The notes under the pieces were generated by a model. That model did not search any database and had not been told where the DNA came from. It saw only the letters and a list, made by a program, of their open reading frames with translations. A stretch of DNA of 64,000 nt. Origin: Callorhinchus milii. Taxonomy: Eukaryota. Positions 58,701-64,000 of the stretch are shown here, in pieces. Positions within the stretch are counted from its first letter, which is position 1. Each line of letters opens with the position of its first letter. Location of the stretch: contig NW_024704750.1 in assembly GCF_018977255.1 (NCBI RefSeq), positions 2,976,001-3,040,000 on the forward strand, given 5' to 3'. A program made the position numbers and the translations under genes.

Positions 58701-61432
58701 TTATATAGAACAGTGACGACACACAGCTCACATTATCCTACCTCAGAGGAGGGAAGGGTAGATTAACGGTTTCCCCTCTTTTGACACGGTGAACTGTTAA
58801 AGGTGGATTTGACTGCAACGCAGCAGCACGTGTTCAGCCCAGATAGCGGATTGCTTTCTTTGTGAATCAGCTGTCAAAATTGCTGGGTTCGTTTGCAGCT
58901 GAAACGGAGCAGGATTGTATTTCAGGTCAGAGTTGGCAGGTCTCATCGTCCGTTTAGTGGGAGCTGCAGTTGTGACATTGATGATGTATTTTGAAGAGGG
59001 TAAGCTGCTCTGCCTCTGGTTCTATCATTCACTAATCGTATTAAAATGAATCGTGGTAATCTCGTTTATTGCTCCACTTTTCATTCATTGGTGGTTGCAT
59101 ATTTATCGCATGCCCTGGTAATTCAGTGAGGTAAGAAGTAAGACCACATTATACTTCTTCCACGTTAGGTCCTGTCTGCCCGCNTTTTTTGTGGGTGTTC
59201 TGGGGAGTTCTGTATGGGCTGCAATGTTTACCTACATAAAGAAGCCAATACACTTCACAGTAACCACTAATGAAGCATTTTCAGATGGTTCAACAGGAAA
59301 ATGGGCTGTAAAACTCGAGTTTTCCCACTCTTCCAAAACTGCTTTTCTTTGCTACCTATCGCTTCCCGCCCAGGTTTTTAAACCTCCAATGACCTATTTA
59401 TGTGATCGTGCCTTTGATCACCTCTAAATTCCTCTTGCCCGGAGCCTACCACTCACATTGATAAGGTTTGGATACTCTTAAGCATGGTGATGGGTTTCCG
59501 AATGTGTCGGATGCCCGAACTGTCCAAAAAAAAACCACTGATAAGAACTGCGAGACGTTCTTTTTTACGTCAGCTCTTGTTTGTGGCGCCTGATCAATGG
59601 GATCAGTTAAGAAGCCTCTTCTGGTCAGCCAGACAAGCCCGCAGACGTTTTGACCCGGAGAGGAGGAGAGTGAGATCATTGCTGAGATGTTTTCAGCCAC
59701 AAGCGAGTAAACCAAACCGTGTCTAGTGTAGTAAAATGCTGACTCACGTTATGAGCAGACTGTGTGCTATCATGTCAGGACTGACATGTACTACTCAGAC
59801 ATACTGAGCAGACAGCAGTCATAATGGACGCACCCAGTCGCAGTTTGCCCACATTTTCCAGACAACCAGTGACGCGTAATAGGCTTTCCTCCAGCTTCTG
59901 TCACTGCAGATAAGGTGGGCAGAGTCAGAAGAAGGGTAACTAGTAATTCAGTGCAGGTCTGACACGATTCAAACACAAAATGCCTCCAACATGCTCTTCA
60001 CAAAGATTTTCTTTGTCCCTAATAAATTTTAGTCTTCACGTTATTCTGGCGTCTAAGTCATTTTCTTACCTCGTTGTCACAATGTGTGCATTTGACCTGT
60101 ATTATGTCAAAATGGCACTCTTCACCCACAAAATATACAGTCTATTCACTTTATATATATTCTGTATATTCTGTGAAGCTTTTTGAGATGTCTTGAAGAT
60201 GTGATAAGGCGCTGTATCAAATGCAAGGATTATTATTATTATATGATTATATTCGAAAAGACAAGGGAGTTTCTTCTGGTCGCCCAGCCAAGTCCAGCAA
60301 AATAAAAAAAAGGGTCATACATTTCTTGGTTGTTTCTGGCTCATCGCTGTACTGTGCAATTTTTCTTAATGGACTCGGATTAGTAGGTGTGAAGAGGAGC
60401 AACTTCAAAATCTCCTGCCTGAACCAAGACCGAAGTCGTTGTGCGATATCGCTTTCGTGCACCCAATTTTCAAATCAAGTTAAGTATTATTTTCTTTTAT
60501 CCACGATTTCTTTCCTTCCCTTCTAGTTCTCTCTCTCTCTCACCTCTTTTTTTCCACACAAAACCTCATTAATTATTTATTAGGATGGATCTTCGTCTAA
60601 CTTAATAGATAAAACTAGGAGCGCCAACACAGAGTGCTCCAATACCCTCTCTCACCCCTTCTCGCTGTTCTCCTCTCGCCTCCCCACCGCCCACCCCATG
60701 CCGACAGTCTGACCATGCCTCACTGTCCCTTTGCTCCAAGTTTCTTGCAAATTTTGGCNCCCCCACCCACTGCCCCCTTTGCTACGCCCACTCAGTTCTT
60801 CTCCTCTGCCCTCCCTGCCGTCTCTCATTCCTGGACCCTTTCACAGCCTCCCTCAGCACCATCTTGGGGTGTCATTCCCCCGGGGTTTATCGCAACACTC
60901 GTCAATGGCTGCCCCATCCCCGGGTCTCTCCACAAGGACCTGCCAACCCTGCCTCAGGGCGGTAATCCCCCTCCTCCCACATCCAAACCCTTTCCAACTC
61001 TCTTCCTGTCCCGCACTCCACAGTTGCCCCACATCCCCAAACTACCCTCAGGCCCAGTCCCGCTGCATCGCTCTCGAACGTGTCTGCTCCCTTTTAAACA
61101 AAGCTCTTATGTTCCATGACCTCATCCTGGATGAGTGCCCGGTTCGCCTTAAGAGCTCTGAGAAGCTGCCCCACATGAAGGGCGCTGTATAAATACAACT
61201 AGTTGTTGTATCAAATGCAAGGATTATTATTAATATTATTACAACGTGAATAAAAGTCCATTTGTCTGATTGAGTCGATCGCGTACCAGGCCTTCACGGC
61301 AGATTCAGACGAGGTGAATTGGCACTGTTCTGTTTATGATAATATTGTGTGGTGTATGATGCCTAGTAACCAGACAAACAGAAACAGAGCGAAGGAAACA
61401 ATCTCTGGCTGCTGTTTGCATTATGCAAAGCA

Positions 61433-61778
61433 TGTGTGGGACGCTGCCGTGCGCAATTGGCTGCCGCGTTTCGCCCGCAAATATACAGTCAATTCACTTT
61501 ACCGTCTATTCCGTGAAGCGCTTTGAGACGTCGAGAAGATGTGGAAAGCGCGATACCAAATGCGAGGGTTATTATGCCATCGTATTTATGCAAAACATTT
61601 GAGTTCAATCATATTGTGAATTGCAATGGCAAAATTGTGCAGTGAATGATAATAATAATAATCCTCGCATGTGATATCGCGCCTCAAAGCGCTTCAGAGA
61701 ATATACTGTAAAGTGAATGGACTGTGTGTTTTGTGGGTGAATCAAGTCAGCCAATTGCGCACAGCAGTGTCCCACAAA
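61433..61778. mobile_element. Two truncated SINEs in tail-to-tail inverted orientation
   Basis: + copy at 61433-61575 and - copy at 61648-61778. Confidence 0.7.
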
Positions 61779-62295
61779 AAGATATATAATTTAGAGATCA
61801 ACCCAAGGAGTGTAAAAATAGTGTATGGTGACAAGTCTCAGTATCTGAGCTTTAGAGCCAAGACGTTCTCTCACTCTCTCTGAATATATTCACAATCTCA
61901 CCAGTTTATTAGGATTCCTCCCAAACTATGCAAATTCTTTTTTGCTCAGAAATGCAACGCAGTGTAACTTTGAATTTTTCTGGAGTCCGTGAAGAAAAAA
62001 ATTATTTGGCGAGTTCTGTGCGGAAAAAAAAAATCACGAGTAACGCAAGCCAAAAAAAATCTGACTTTTAGCATTTTACTGCTCTAATTTCCCCATAGAC
62101 AGAGTGATGTTTTTCCGGTACATCTCTCACTCCGTCGTCCCAACAACAACGTTACATTTGTGCAGAGCCGTTCGCGTCGGGAGGACGTCCCGATGCGCCG
62201 AACAGACAGAGTTACGGGAAAATGAATTCAAGATTTGGGTAAATTCCGACTTCAAAATGATCTTAACCTTCAGTCAAAACTATCATTCCAGGGAA

Positions 62296-62800
62296 TGGGT
62301 GGGTATGTGTGTGGGTATGTGTGTGGGTATGTGTGTGGGTATGTGTGTGGGTATGTGTGTGTGGGTATGTGTGTGGGTATGTGTGTGGATATGTGTGTGG
62401 GTATGTGAGTGTGTGGGTATGTGAGTGTGTGGGTATGTGTGTGTGTGGGTATGTGTGTGTGCGGGTATGTGTGTGTGTGGGTATGTGAGTGTGTGGGTAT
62501 GTGAGTGTGTGGGTATGTGTGTGTGTGGGTATGTATGTGTGTGGGTATGTGTGTGGGTATGTGTGTGTGCAATGTATAGGTGGGTGCGATGTATGTGCGT
62601 ATGTATGCGTGTGATGTGTGTGTATGTATGTGCGCGATGTATGTATATGTGTTTGTATGTGCGCGATGTGTGTATGTGTATGATGTATGTGTGTAGGTAT
62701 GTGCGATGTGTGTATGTGTATGAGCGATGTGTGTATGTGTGCGATGTATGTGTGTAGGTATGTGCGATGTGTGTATGTGTATGATGTGTGTGTGTGGGTG
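62296..62800. repeat. (GTGTGGGTAT)n / (TG)-rich satellite
   Basis: Directly visible tandem repeat. Confidence 0.92.
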
Positions 62801-62936
62801 AGAGTGAGGGGGGGATCAGCACTGAAGAGTGGAACAAGTCAGTGAGTGGCTGGTGAGGAGGGGCTGCTATGTGCCGCCATGTCCAGCAGGAGGCGATGGC
62901 TGGGAACGCTCATCAACACAGAGCAGCAGCTCAGCA

Positions 62937-64000
62937 ACACTCACTCTCCCCCTCCCCCCTCACTCTCCCTCCCCTCACACTCACTCTCTCCCTCCTCCCT
63001 CACACTCACTCTCCCTCCTCCCCCCTCACTCTCCCTCCCCTCACACTCACTCTCTCCCTCACACTCACCCTCTCCCTCCTCCCTCACACTCACTCTCCCC
63101 CTCCCCCCTCACTCCCTCCTCCCTCACACTCACTCTCTCCCTCACACTCACCCTCCTCCCTCACACTCACTCTCCCCCTCCCCCCTCACTCCCTCCTCCC
63201 TCACACTCACTCTCTCCCTCCCCCCTCACACTCACTCTCTCCCTCCTCCCTCACACTCACTCTCTCCCTCACACTCACCCTCCTCCCTCACACTCACTCT
63301 CCCCCTCCCCCCTCCCTCACACTCACTCTCTCCCCCTCACACTCACTCTCTCCCTCCTCCCTCACACTCACTCTCTCCCTCACACTCACCCTCTCCCTCC
63401 TCCCTCACACTCACTCTCCCCCTCCCCCCTCACTCCCTCCTCCCTCACACTCACTCTCTCCCTCACACTCACCCTCTCCCTCACTCTCTCCCTCACACTC
63501 ACTCCCTCCTCCCCCCTCACTCTCCCTCACACTCACTCTCCCTCCTCCCCCCTCACTCTCCCTCCCCTCACACTCACTCTCCCTCCTCCCTCACACTCAC
63601 TCTCTCTCTCCCCCCCTCACACTCACTCTCTCCCTCACACTCACTCTCTCCCTCCCCTCTCACTCTCCCTCCTCCCTCACACTCACTCTCTCCCTCCACT
63701 CACTCTCCCTCCTCCCTCACACTCACTCTCTCTCTCCCTCCCCTCTCACTCCTCCCTCACACTCACTCTCTCCCTCCCCTCACACTCACTCTCTCCCTCC
63801 CCTCTCACTCTCACTGTCTCCCTCCCCCCTCACACTCACTCTCTCCCTCCCCTCTCACACTCACTGTCTCCCTCTCCCTCTCACACTCACTCTCTCTCTC
63901 CCCCTCACACTCTCACTCCCTCTCTCCCCCCCCCATCTCACTCACTCTCTCCCTCTCCCCTCACTCTCACTCACTCTATCCCTCCCCCCCTCTCTCTCTC
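62937..64000. repeat. Pyrimidine-rich minisatellite (CTCCCTCACACTCACTCT)n running off the window end
   Basis: Directly visible tandem repeat. Confidence 0.92.

Noticed and set aside
60634-61192. 161-aa and 153-aa Pro-rich ORFs
   Set aside because: No recognisable domain; the region ends in an L2-like tail and is probably a decayed LINE fragment.
62104-62837. His/Thr- and Val/Cys-rich ORFs
   Set aside because: Translations of the (TG)/(CA) satellite.

Overview
Eukaryotic (vertebrate) genomic DNA. The repeat content (tRNA-headed Deu-type SINEs with L2 tails, CR1/HER1-like tails, palindromic Penelope-type elements) points to a cartilaginous fish, possibly a chimaera; this is inferred. Three complete spliced protein-coding genes lie on the + strand: ndufb1 (2 coding exons, 58 aa, absent from the ORF track), atxn3 (11 exons, 358 aa, intact Josephin triad, no polyQ tract, degenerate third UIM) and sgpp1 (3 exons, 442 aa). 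A CpG-rich, probably bidirectional promoter sits at the left end. The rest is introns and intergenic DNA with SINE/LINE fragments, G/C-rich minisatellites and two assembly gaps. The most unusual structure is in the putative sgpp1 3' UTR: a palindromic element with a 15-bp target-site duplication whose centre is replaced by a ~180-bp copy of host DNA from ~400 bp downstream. Related elements elsewhere carry decayed hammerhead-ribozyme cores. Most long ORFs in the track are low-complexity artefacts.
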